Shown one piece after another: positions 35,040-43,608 of a DNA stretch of 64,000 bases. The stretch's first letter is position 1. Every line of letters starts with the position of its first letter. The stretch is from Candidatus Obscuribacteraceae bacterium. GTDB taxonomy: Bacteria > Cyanobacteriota > Vampirovibrionia > Obscuribacterales > Obscuribacteraceae. A model generated the notes under the pieces. That model saw nothing but the letters and a program-made list of their open reading frames with translations. It was not told the DNA's origin and searched no databases. The position numbers and the translations under genes are program-made. The DNA is taken from the NCBI GenBank assembly GCA_044228145.1, contig JBGAVL010000002.1, forward strand, positions 15 to 64,014. The letters run 5' to 3'.

Positions 35040-35552
35040 ATGCCTCCAGAGAAATTTTCTGACCAGACAAAATCAACTAGCGATGACCCTTATCATGGTA
35101 TACACCCGCAAATTGTAGAAGACTTTCTTCTCGAAGGCGGGAAGTGTACTCCCTCCGCAAAGGAGCCCGCTGGAGACTGCCTTCTCCGTTTAACGGATCC
35201 CGAAAAATATTATCCTCGCGACACACCAAAATCCGATCGCAACAGCATTCAAGAAAAAGCCCTGGAAGAAGTTCTCACGCGAATCCTTTCTAATGGTTCC
35301 TGGCAGTTCAAGCCGACTAAAGACAATGAGCAGTTTGTAAGTATCACTCCAATGTGCGAATTCGTTTCTCCTCATAGTGAATTCGCTAAAAATAGTCGAC
35401 TGCAAGAGCCAAATGCAATGGAAGAAGCCATGCTCCGGAATATGCCCCAGGGGTTAAGACATGATGAGCACATATTGCTAAAATTCGGTCCGTATAGACT
35501 CCCCCCCGCCCAGAAGCCGTACGACTTTAAGTATTACAGGCAGGACCTCTAG
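35040..35552 (+). CDS. hypothetical protein
   Basis: 170 codons from ATG 35040 (GGAG 9 nt upstream; ORF-track TTG 35022). No family recognised. Confidence 0.5.
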   Translation: MPPEKFSDQTKSTSDDPYHGIHPQIVEDFLLEGGKCTPSAKEPAGDCLLRLTDPEKYYPRDTPKSDRNSIQEKALEEVLTRILSNGSWQFKPTKDNEQFVSITPMCEFVSPHSEFAKNSRLQEPNAMEEAMLRNMPQGLRHDEHILLKFGPYRLPPAQKPYDFKYYRQDL

Positions 35553-35604
35553 TTCGCCTTGTGCATGCTGGTTTTATACAGCTCAAAATTTTTTGCAAAG
35601 GGAC

Positions 35605-35640
35605 GCCATTCGCCGGACTTCTTCCCACCGGCGAATTGGC
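35605..35640. terminator. hairpin between convergent genes (likely bidirectional terminator)
   Basis: GCCATTCGCCGG - 11-nt loop - CCGGCGAATTGGC forms a 12-bp stem with one bulge, followed by ATTCATGGCATTTTT on the plus strand. Confidence 0.4.
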
Positions 35641-35705
35641 ATTCATGGCATTTTTCGCGGTTTTCTTGAGATCGCGTTCCTATGCGCGAGAAACGATATT
35701 GAGCA

Positions 35706-37286
35706 TCACTTCGACTTCATGACGAAATGCATTTTCTTCTCCAGCTTCTCTGCTTCCGCATCGCGCTTGAGGATTCTCAACAGACCGGCATACTGCTCAA
35801 GCAGTGGCAACATTTCTTTCGACATTGCTCCAACAGAGATCTCACGAATCTCAATGGCTTTCAAATAGTTTTTCTCAGCCTCGTCGTACCGCCCCTGGGC
35901 CTTGAGGCAGCCACCCAGGCGATTGAGTGAGTGCGGCAAACGCTCGTCAGTACGGCCTAATTGCTCGGCAAGCTCCACCGCCTGCATAAAATGCCTTTCT
36001 GCCTCATAGAAATTCCCGTTGACCATTGATTGCTGGCCGGTTACGTTATGCAGATTCCAAAGATCAACAAGCTTGTTATTCGCAGGGTCTGGCTCAGCTT
36101 GCCCCTGCGGTGCAAGCCCACCGGGCGTGTTTGAAGAGCCCGGAGCCATCGAAGACTTGCGCAATGTCTGGCTCAGACCGGACGCTTGCGTCTGCTCGAC
36201 GCGAAACTTCTCGTGAATACCAGATGCTCTGAATGGGTCTTGAGACTCAGGACGGATTGATTGATGCATCCCAGAGACTGTTTGCCCAGGCGCAATTCCA
36301 GTGCTCTGTTCTGCCGTAGGCTTGCCGCTGCGTTTCCATCTATTAGCGGCATCCACATTCGCTGCCGGACGTTGAATTCCTTGAACCCGCGCGCCTACAT
36401 TGGCAATTTGTTCTAAGTGCATTCCCAGCTCTGCAGCCGATTGAAAGCGATCGTCAGGACGTTTCAAAATGCACTTATGAATCAAACTTGCGATCAAAAG
36501 TTCTTGCTCCGAGCGACAAAGTCCGGCAAGTGGCGCAGGTGAATCATTGAGGTGCATATGAATTGTCTGCATTGCATTGCCGCCGCGAAATGGCGGATAT
36601 CCTGCAAAACACTCATGCATTACACAACCAAGTGAGTAGATGTCCGAACGCGCGTCCACGTGGCTGCCCTTGCACTGCTCCGGGCTCATATAGAGCGGAC
36701 TGCCTACCGCTTCGCCGGTAGCGGTCAATTGCTGCATAGTCACGCCTGTGTCCGCAAGAACCTTTGCAATGCCGAAATCGAGCAGCTTCACATAGCGGTC
36801 GCCCTCGATGAATTGCAGCATTATGTTGCTGCTCTTTATGTCACGGTGAATGACGTTTTTCTTGTGAATGTAATTGAGCGCCTTAAGCGCCTGACCAAAC
36901 ACGAAAACAAAGTCGGAGCTGCTGCACTTGCCGGATCTCTTGACCAGTTCTGAAAGACTAAACCCTTCTACGTATTCCATCACGAAAAATGGTTCTCCGT
37001 CGATGGTATATCCGAAGTCAAACACTGCGACAAGATTAGGATGCGAGAGCTGTCCACCCGCCTTTGCTTCTGTCTCGAAGCGCGAAAGGCTGGTCCTGTC
37101 CTTTATGAGTTCCATATTTAAGACTTTTATTGCAACGGGCTTATTCAGTTGCACATGGGTGGCCTTCAGCACTGTACCCATGCCGCCGCTGCCCAATTCT
37201 CCAATTATCGAATAGCGCTCTGGAGGAACTCTGGGGAAGCGCGGTTGCCCATTGTTACCGCTGCCAGGTGGTACTTGGTTATACAT
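35706..37286 (-). CDS. Hanks-type Ser/Thr protein kinase with C-terminal TPR repeats
   Basis: GELGSGGMGTV, VAIKVL, HRDIKSSNIML, DFGIAK and SPLYMSPEQ. A Pro/Gly/Ser-rich linker precedes TPR-like NGNFYEAERHFMQAVELAEQLG and GRYDEAEKNYLKAIEIRE. Confidence 0.9.
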   Translation of the reverse strand: MYNQVPPGSGNNGQPRFPRVPPERYSIIGELGSGGMGTVLKATHVQLNKPVAIKVLNMELIKDRTSLSRFETEAKAGGQLSHPNLVAVFDFGYTIDGEPFFVMEYVEGFSLSELVKRSGKCSSSDFVFVFGQALKALNYIHKKNVIHRDIKSSNIMLQFIEGDRYVKLLDFGIAKVLADTGVTMQQLTATGEAVGSPLYMSPEQCKGSHVDARSDIYSLGCVMHECFAGYPPFRGGNAMQTIHMHLNDSPAPLAGLCRSEQELLIASLIHKCILKRPDDRFQSAAELGMHLEQIANVGARVQGIQRPAANVDAANRWKRSGKPTAEQSTGIAPGQTVSGMHQSIRPESQDPFRASGIHEKFRVEQTQASGLSQTLRKSSMAPGSSNTPGGLAPQGQAEPDPANNKLVDLWNLHNVTGQQSMVNGNFYEAERHFMQAVELAEQLGRTDERLPHSLNRLGGCLKAQGRYDEAEKNYLKAIEIREISVGAMSKEMLPLLEQYAGLLRILKRDAEAEKLEKKMHFVMKSK

Positions 37287-37568
37287 GAAAGGTAGACAAC
37301 TAATGAGAGACCCTCGTTATTCTCATGCCCTTGCCAGGCGCCATCTAAACCAGCAATGGTGCAGCCAACCGGTGCTTTCCTCTGCCTTATTTACGTGTAT
37401 TCTGCAATTAATTTGTGGCAAATCCGCCACAATGGTCTCGGATCAAACTCGAATCTTCCGATGGAATTTCTGACGCCATTAGTTTCTCGCTCGATCTCAG
37501 TTTTTGTTTTTCTTTGGACAGACTGCTCGATCAAGACGCATAGATAATAGCCCTTCAAGAACGAAAAA

Positions 37569-38123
37569 CTACTTGAGGGGAAGGGAAAGAATACTTCTAA
37601 GTGCCATTTCAAGTGTATAAAGCATTGTTGCCCACCCATGAGATGTAATCAACGGCAGCGCAAAAAGCACAATAATCATGAACCTTGAAAGCCGCTTGTC
37701 CACTTGAGCGTAAAGTACAGCGCCAATCAAATTCCATATCAAAGCACACAAAATGTATGTGCGCACCTGAGCGTATTTCAACCAGAACCACGACATATCA
37801 GGAGCCGTCAAAAATGGAATACTAAAAATTGCAAGAGAAACCAGAACAAACGGCAAGGCTCTTAATATCGTTCTTTTCAGCACAGTCATCGGTGGCTTTT
37901 GATGAAGTGGCGCAACTGGAGTTATGGCTGCAACCTGCGTGGATAGTGCCGCTTCTGGAAAGTCATCCGGCGCGGAGGAAACAGGATCGGGCACATCTGC
38001 CACTGACGTTTGCGCTGTCGATTGCGATTCAGACGTGACAGGAATTGCCTCGCCTTCTACAAGCTCGGCACTAACCTCAACAATTTCTGTCGCCTTCTTT
38101 TGCTTCGTCTTTTTTTCCTGCAT
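37569..38123 (-). CDS. hypothetical membrane protein, tandem paralog (IWNLIGA motif family)
   Basis: 184 codons. Acidic/Pro-rich N-terminus, then 4 TM helices. Shares ..(L/I)(I/F)IWNLIGA(V/P)L(Y/F)AQ.D(K/R)R.SR.. with 38143-38916. Confidence 0.55.
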   Translation of the reverse strand: MQEKKTKQKKATEIVEVSAELVEGEAIPVTSESQSTAQTSVADVPDPVSSAPDDFPEAALSTQVAAITPVAPLHQKPPMTVLKRTILRALPFVLVSLAIFSIPFLTAPDMSWFWLKYAQVRTYILCALIWNLIGAVLYAQVDKRLSRFMIIVLFALPLITSHGWATMLYTLEMALRSILSLPLK

Positions 38124-38142
38124 TTTGGCCTTTTAGATCAAA

Positions 38143-38916
38143 TTAGAAAAAAGGATTAGTGCTCACCCACCAGGTCGTGGCTATTATCACTGGGACAGCA
38201 AATACAAGGGCGATGATCAGCCTGGACCTTCGATCTCGTGCTTGCGCAAAAAGCGGTGCTCCGATCAAGTTCCAGATGAACAATCCTAGAAACAACGTCC
38301 TTGCATCAGCGTTGTCCAGTGCAGCTTGGTATTGCACTGGCATCACGAAAAACGGAATGGCTGCAATCGAAAACGTTACAGCACTGAATTTGATTGCGTT
38401 TAGAAGCTGAAGAAGCTCAACCGCATTCGATAACTGGGGAACTTTGATTTCTTGCCGAAGGTCAAGATATCTTACGAATTTGACGAGAACTTTAGCTCCA
38501 AACCACCACGCTGCGCCGATGAAAACCGGGACAACCGCAACACGCACCAGAGGCGGCAGGAACCAATAGAAGAAACTAGACAAAACACAGGCGATGCCCA
38601 CGCAGATGGTAATAGAAAAGCGCTCTGTAAAACGCTTCTGCTGCTCGGGCGGAAGTTGCTGAAAAGTCCCAGCCTGACGCTCCAGGAAATAGAACAGGCG
38701 TTCGTCAAAACCAATTTTCGAGACATTTTTGGGCAGTTCAGTCGGTGGCTCCACGAACCTCTTCGCGAAGTTTTGCTCTTGCTTTTCACTCAGATTAGTG
38801 GAGTTCTTCTGTTTCATCAGGGAAACAAATCCGGAGCTGCTCTGTCGGCACAATAAATCCAATATACCCCAAAAGAAAAACAGGCCCGGAAAGACCGAGC
38901 CCGTTTGAAATTTCAA
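38143..38916 (-). CDS. hypothetical membrane protein, tandem paralog (IWNLIGA motif family)
   Basis: 257 codons (alternative ATG 38817, MKQKNST, parallel to MQEKKTK of the paralog). The TM topology is duplicated and the C-terminal half is paralogous to 37569-38123. Confidence 0.55.
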   Translation of the reverse strand: MKFQTGSVFPGLFFFWGILDLLCRQSSSGFVSLMKQKNSTNLSEKQEQNFAKRFVEPPTELPKNVSKIGFDERLFYFLERQAGTFQQLPPEQQKRFTERFSITICVGIACVLSSFFYWFLPPLVRVAVVPVFIGAAWWFGAKVLVKFVRYLDLRQEIKVPQLSNAVELLQLLNAIKFSAVTFSIAAIPFFVMPVQYQAALDNADARTLFLGLFIWNLIGAPLFAQARDRRSRLIIALVFAVPVIIATTWWVSTNPFF

Positions 38917-38935
38917 AGACTATCCGAATTGAAAA

Positions 38936-39373
38936 CTATGCTTTTACAGCTGATTCCAATTTGGCGTCCATGGTGATTTTGGCGTTGAACAATTTCGAGA
39001 TTGGGCAACCGGTTTTGGCTGCTTCAGTGGCTGTCTTGAATTGCTCTTCGGTTGCGCTCGGGATTTGAGCAACAACTTCCAAGTGAATTTCAGTCACTGT
39101 GAAGCCGGTTTCCAGCTTTTCCAGAGTTACTGTTGCTTCGGTGCTGATTTTGTCAGCGGTCAAGCCGAGTTCACCGAGCTGATTGGACAATGCCATCGAG
39201 AAGCAACCAGAGTGTGCAGCAGCAATCAACTCTTCCGGGTTGGTTCCTTTGCCTTCTTCAAATCTTGTGCCGAAGCTGTATTGGGTTTTGTCCAAAACGC
39301 CACTTTGAGTGGTGATGGTTCCTTTTCCGTCCTTAAGACCTTTTTGCCATTCGGCTGATGCTTTGCGTTTCAT
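38936..39373 (-). CDS. osmC: OsmC-family peroxiredoxin
   Basis: MKRKASAEWQKGLKDGKGTI.., NPEELIAAAHSGCFSMAL and AAKTGCPISKL (two conserved Cys). ATG 39373 preceded by AAGGAG. Confidence 0.92.
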   Translation of the reverse strand: MKRKASAEWQKGLKDGKGTITTQSGVLDKTQYSFGTRFEEGKGTNPEELIAAAHSGCFSMALSNQLGELGLTADKISTEATVTLEKLETGFTVTEIHLEVVAQIPSATEEQFKTATEAAKTGCPISKLFNAKITMDAKLESAVKA

Positions 39374-39559
39374 GGTTTCTCCTTTTGAGAATGCGCCTGC
39401 GCTCAATCTACCAACCGTTTCGTCGCAAACGAGATAACTTCCACTTTTCTTGCCATTTGTGCAAACGAATGTTTACCATTGACCGGCAGATTGACTGGCC
39501 GCAATCCCACGCGTGAACTCAAGAGGTAACCTGTTGTAAGCCTTTCATGAAGCTTGTCG

Positions 39560-39949
39560 CTAGCCGCCTTCCGTCAGAGGCTGACCGAACTGCAAGAGAT
39601 AGCCATTCAGGTCGTAGATGCCGAATTCGCGCATCCCGTAGTCCATGTCATCGATGGGATAGCAGATGTTGATGTCATCGTTCTTGCTGATTTTCTTCCA
39701 CATCGAGTCGACTTTGTCCGTGCGGAAGTAAATGGAGCCGGTGAATTCAGGCTCTTCGAAGTCCCAGCCTTCATATGGCAGGGCAAACATGATTGAAATG
39801 CCGTCGCGTGTAACTTGTGCCCAGTGCCCATCGGGTTCCAGCGCGTCGCATTTGAAACCAAGTGTTTCCACATAATACTCGACAGCATCAGTCAGATCCG
39901 GCACCCAGAGCATGGGTACGCATCCTGTAAGTTTTGCTCCGCGCGGCAT
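39560..39949 (-). CDS. VOC (glyoxalase/bleomycin-resistance) family protein
   Basis: VPMLWVPDLTDAVEYYVETLGF... and MDYGMREFGIYDLNGYLLQFGQP are typical of bleomycin-resistance-like VOC proteins. Confidence 0.8.
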   Translation of the reverse strand: MPRGAKLTGCVPMLWVPDLTDAVEYYVETLGFKCDALEPDGHWAQVTRDGISIMFALPYEGWDFEEPEFTGSIYFRTDKVDSMWKKISKNDDINICYPIDDMDYGMREFGIYDLNGYLLQFGQPLTEGG

Positions 39950-40017
39950 TCGCTAGTCTCAGACCTCCGGCTTCCTGAAATCAGCTAAAGCATACAACGC
40001 CTTGTTGATCTAATGGC

Positions 40018-40671
40018 TCACTTAACATTTAGTTTTGGAGGCGCAGACGCACCAGGTACTTCGAACGAACTGAGGAATGCATTCGACTGCGGCGACTTCA
40101 CCCAATCCTCTTTTCCTTCGACAGCAACAATGAACATGCGCTTTCCCGCCAAATAGCAATTGATGCGAAACCGCCCGCCTTGCCGAGGACCACTGTCAAT
40201 TCGACCTTTCACTTCGCGAAATTGATATCCGAATTTCAGATAGTCCAGATAAACCTGCATTTTCCCTTGAATTTTCTCGACGTAGGCTTTCGACTGCTCG
40301 TTGACGACTGCAGACGCCTTTTTTTGGTCGTACGGCGGATTTCCCATGTCTTGAATATCAGCGAAGGCAACTGCCCATACGCCTTGCTTATCCTCGTTTA
40401 AAACCGAGGAATACTTCGCGCCTTTCAACTCGAATTGCTCCTTCTTTTCAGGAGTGCCGCGCATAAGCACTGAGTAAAAGGCTTTTAGGTCTACGTAACG
40501 CGTCAGTCCAGGAAATGTGACGGCGCTTGGATTTTCCGCAGCCGCCACGGCAGGACCCTTAGCGGTGGCGGCGGGACCCTTGGCATTGGCAGCGGGACCA
40601 GCGGACAGCCCCGACTGCGGCAAGAAGAGTGAAACAAAGGCAAATATGCCTGCGATACGAATTTTGGACAT
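40018..40671 (-). CDS. secreted hypothetical protein with GPA(A/V)xAK triplet repeat after the signal peptide
   Basis: Signal peptide MSKIRIAGIFAFVSLFLPQSGLSA, then GPAANAK-GPAATAK-GPAVAAA (21-nt repeats about 40545-40610). ATG preceded by GGAGAAAG. Confidence 0.6.
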   Translation of the reverse strand: MSKIRIAGIFAFVSLFLPQSGLSAGPAANAKGPAATAKGPAVAAAENPSAVTFPGLTRYVDLKAFYSVLMRGTPEKKEQFELKGAKYSSVLNEDKQGVWAVAFADIQDMGNPPYDQKKASAVVNEQSKAYVEKIQGKMQVYLDYLKFGYQFREVKGRIDSGPRQGGRFRINCYLAGKRMFIVAVEGKEDWVKSPQSNAFLSSFEVPGASAPPKLNVK

Positions 40672-40725
40672 ATACTTTCTCCATCAGAGGCATCATATAC
40701 AATTCAAAGCCTCTGTCGCTTGCTC

Positions 40726-42138
40726 CTAGCAGGTCTCTTCAATTTCCAAGAAATCGCATAGGGTGCGGCCCATAAGTTCTAAAATGGAAACTAACTTGAA
40801 ATAATCGGCGTGTGTCGTCACGCCAAAACGCCCGCTGGAGAAAGGCACATCAATGATGCCTTCGAAAACGCTGCCGGCAGCATAACCCAGAAAATCATTT
40901 GGATCGTAGAAATTGATCCAGTTGAGTGCCGATTCCGGCTTAGGAATCGGGCGCTCATCGGCAGAGAATCCCGGGAACATATCGAGATCGGCAAAGAGCG
41001 GAAACTGGGCGCCGACAGTCAAGACCAGATCTATTTCAAGTGTTGGCGCGAAGTAAGAAAGAATATCGCAAATGATGTTGCTGCCCATACTGTGAGCGAC
41101 CACGATCAGATCAGGATCCTCGGAAGTGCGCATGTTTGCTGCATCTTCGATTGCTTGAATGCAAATGGAAGGAACCGAACCAGGCTCGAACCTTTCGCCT
41201 CGACTGCCGAAATAGAAGAACGAATCACCAATGAAAGCTGACATTTGCGCGTGAAAAATCTTGCGCGCCGGATTGCTAATCGCCAGTGCCGCCATATTAG
41301 TGGTCAACTTGCGTGCCGAAGCGACAGTCGCTTTAGCACCGCCACGGGCTATTTTTCGTGCTTTGTTTATACGCTGACGCGAAAGCTCCAGGCGAGCGCG
41401 AATGCGTTCTTTGGAAGTCTGGCGCATTGCTCTCAAACTTTCGATGCGTCCTTTAATACGTTCTCGGGAGTGCTCGACGCCGTCTCTCAAGCGTTCTCTG
41501 GACAGTTCCAATCCATCTTTGATACGCTCCTTCGACAGAGCCAGGCGGTTTTTTATCCACTCCTTCGTATTGACGGACGCCCGCAGATTGAACTCCGCAG
41601 GCGACATTTCCGTTTCTTTCTGCAATCTATCCAGCAATTCTTCATCGCTACTAATTTCATCGAGCCAGGCGAGCTGCTGTTTTCGCCCAGTAAATTTCTG
41701 CCGCCACTTTGTAGATAGATATGCGAATTTGCTCAGAGACTTAATGCCCTTGCCGCCGTCATTGAGGTTTTTCATATCATCGTGGGCGACGGAAACCATA
41801 AGGTCGATCATCTCTTCCATAGAGCCCGATTTGGCCAGCGCGAGAAGCGGGTTGGCAGAAAGCCCGAGAATCTTTTTGGTAGCCTCCGGAAGCAACGCCC
41901 GGATGCGTCTGCGACGCTCCTGTAAGCCCTTCAGACCCAATCTTGGCAGGTAGGGATTGTCAGTCGACCCCGTAGGCGCCAACTCGCCCCAATAAGGGCT
42001 AAAAATGGCGTTGTCGGGTACGTCACGACCCAAAATCTTATAGAAAACATCTACAAACAGCCTGTTGCGCAGCTCCATGTCCTGCGCGTACTCTTCGCCC
42101 TCGCGGACGTTGACGCCATGAATAAAGACAAGCGGCAT
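40726..42138 (-). CDS. alpha/beta-hydrolase-like protein with a large helical insertion carrying 11-residue S(K/R)ER(I/L) repeats
   Basis: N-terminal PLVFIHGVN (oxyanion-strand pattern) and nucleophile elbow VVAHSMGSN, separated by about 240 aa of helical sequence that includes the repeats (nt about 41353-41553). Confidence 0.65.
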   Translation of the reverse strand: MPLVFIHGVNVREGEEYAQDMELRNRLFVDVFYKILGRDVPDNAIFSPYWGELAPTGSTDNPYLPRLGLKGLQERRRRIRALLPEATKKILGLSANPLLALAKSGSMEEMIDLMVSVAHDDMKNLNDGGKGIKSLSKFAYLSTKWRQKFTGRKQQLAWLDEISSDEELLDRLQKETEMSPAEFNLRASVNTKEWIKNRLALSKERIKDGLELSRERLRDGVEHSRERIKGRIESLRAMRQTSKERIRARLELSRQRINKARKIARGGAKATVASARKLTTNMAALAISNPARKIFHAQMSAFIGDSFFYFGSRGERFEPGSVPSICIQAIEDAANMRTSEDPDLIVVAHSMGSNIICDILSYFAPTLEIDLVLTVGAQFPLFADLDMFPGFSADERPIPKPESALNWINFYDPNDFLGYAAGSVFEGIIDVPFSSGRFGVTTHADYFKLVSILELMGRTLCDFLEIEETC

Positions 42139-42314
42139 TTTGGGACCTCAGAACGGCTTTGGTGACCTTAGAGCGGCACATTAAAACTCTTCCCCGCCAG
42201 CTTGGGGAGTAAAACAACTTTTGTCGCCGGTCCAAAGTGCGAAACAGTTGCGATTCTGTTTGATCACCCAAGAATGAAGAGCGGCTTTACGTTTGAATGA
42301 GCGCAGGAGACCCA

Positions 42315-42368
42315 AGTTCGCAAAGGTTCGAAAAATTCGAAAAGTTCGAAAAACTTCAAAAGTTCGCA
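42315..42368. repeat. six phased TTCG(A/C)AAA(A) units (TTCGAA palindromes / A-tracts, period about 9-10 bp) in a divergent promoter region
   Basis: AGTTCGCAA AGGTTCGAAAA ATTCGAAA AGTTCGAAAA ACTTCAAA AGTTCGCAT, with TTCG starts at 42317, 42327, 42336, 42345, 42355 and 42363. The array ends about 45 nt before ATG 42414. Confidence 0.8.
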
Positions 42369-42413
42369 TAGCCAAATATTCAGTGGAACCCACAGGGTTC
42401 GAGGTTGCTCACA

Positions 42414-43565
42414 ATGTTCAGAAAAGTAATGGTTTTATCAGCATCAGCAGGCGCCGGACACGTCACTGCAGCAAACGCTCTTGAGGGAGCTCTCAAAGAA
42501 AGCGGGATCGCACAAGACGTCATCAACATCGATGTGCTCACCAAAGTCAGCCCTTTCATGCGCAATGTGTATTCGAAGCAATACATCCGCTTAGTCAATC
42601 GCGCGCCGCATCTGCTTGGCGCCATCTATGACGCCACCGATCATGCCGGAAAATTCGACGGACGGCGCATCACATTCGACGTCGCCAACGCGCTGCCAAT
42701 GCTTCGTTTGCTTACAAATGAAAAACCAGATCTGGTGGTGAGCACGCACTTTCTGGCGTCAGAACTGGCGGCATTTGCAACGCGGCGTCGCCGCCTGAAT
42801 GCATACCTGGCAACAGTCATTACAGATTTCGACGCGCATGCCTTCTGGCTGTCGGACCCGGTGCATCACTATTTCACCGCTATGGAAGACACATCCAGGC
42901 AACTCGAGCACCTTGGAGTCAATCCACGAGACATCAGTATTACAGGCATACCGATTTCAGTAAAATTTGCCGATGCGCCAAGCAAGGCGCAGGCGAGAAA
43001 ACAGCTGGGGCTGCGTGACGACTTGCCGGTAGTTTTGATCTCAGCCGGTGGTTTTGGAGTTGGCCCGGTGGTTGAAACAGTGGAATCGGCGATGTTGTGC
43101 CGTTCGCGGTTTCAAACGGTTGTGCTGTGCGGAAAAAACGAAAAGTTGAGAGCGCAACTCACGCGCATGCAATCGAGCAATCCATCATATTTTCGCGATT
43201 TCCATCCGGTCGGACACACTGATTCTATGCAAGTCTACATGGCCGCGGCAGACTTGATGATCGGCAAGTCGGGCGGGTTGACGTCGTCCGAATGTTTAGC
43301 CTCCGGATTGCCGATGCTCATAGTAAGCCCGATTCCAGGACAGGAAGAAAGAAACGCCAATCATCTTTTAGAACATGGCGCCGCTGTTTCCGGCAGCATT
43401 CGTACGCTAACTTACAAGTTGGATAAAGTATTGAGCGCTCCCAATCAGCTGAAAGAAATGACGGAAGCCGCAGCCGCGATGGGACATGCCGATTCAGCAC
43501 GCACCATTGTGCGCAGGCTTCAAGAGCTGGCTACTGCTGCGCCAAGGCAATCGCTTTACCAATAG
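42414..43565 (+). CDS. UgtP/MGDG-synthase-family glycosyltransferase (GT28; diacylglycerol glycosyltransferase-like)
   Basis: VMVLSASAGAGHVTAANAL, KPDLVVSTHF, TVITDFDAHAFW, ISITGIPI and C-terminal GKSGGLTSSECLASGLPMLIVSPIPGQEERNA. Start set at ATG 42414. Confidence 0.85.
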   Translation: MFRKVMVLSASAGAGHVTAANALEGALKESGIAQDVINIDVLTKVSPFMRNVYSKQYIRLVNRAPHLLGAIYDATDHAGKFDGRRITFDVANALPMLRLLTNEKPDLVVSTHFLASELAAFATRRRRLNAYLATVITDFDAHAFWLSDPVHHYFTAMEDTSRQLEHLGVNPRDISITGIPISVKFADAPSKAQARKQLGLRDDLPVVLISAGGFGVGPVVETVESAMLCRSRFQTVVLCGKNEKLRAQLTRMQSSNPSYFRDFHPVGHTDSMQVYMAAADLMIGKSGGLTSSECLASGLPMLIVSPIPGQEERNANHLLEHGAAVSGSIRTLTYKLDKVLSAPNQLKEMTEAAAAMGHADSARTIVRRLQELATAAPRQSLYQ

Positions 43566-43608
43566 CGTTGGGCTACTGCTGCGCCTCGGCAATCGCTTTA
43601 TCAATAGC
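43529..43608. repeat. 38-nt direct repeat (35/38 identical, period 42 nt) spanning the 3' ends of two convergent genes
   Basis: Copy 1 is at 43529-43566 and copy 2 at 43571-43608: GGCTACTGCTGCGCC(AA/TC)GGCAATCGCTTTA(C/T)CAATAGC. Confidence 0.9.
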
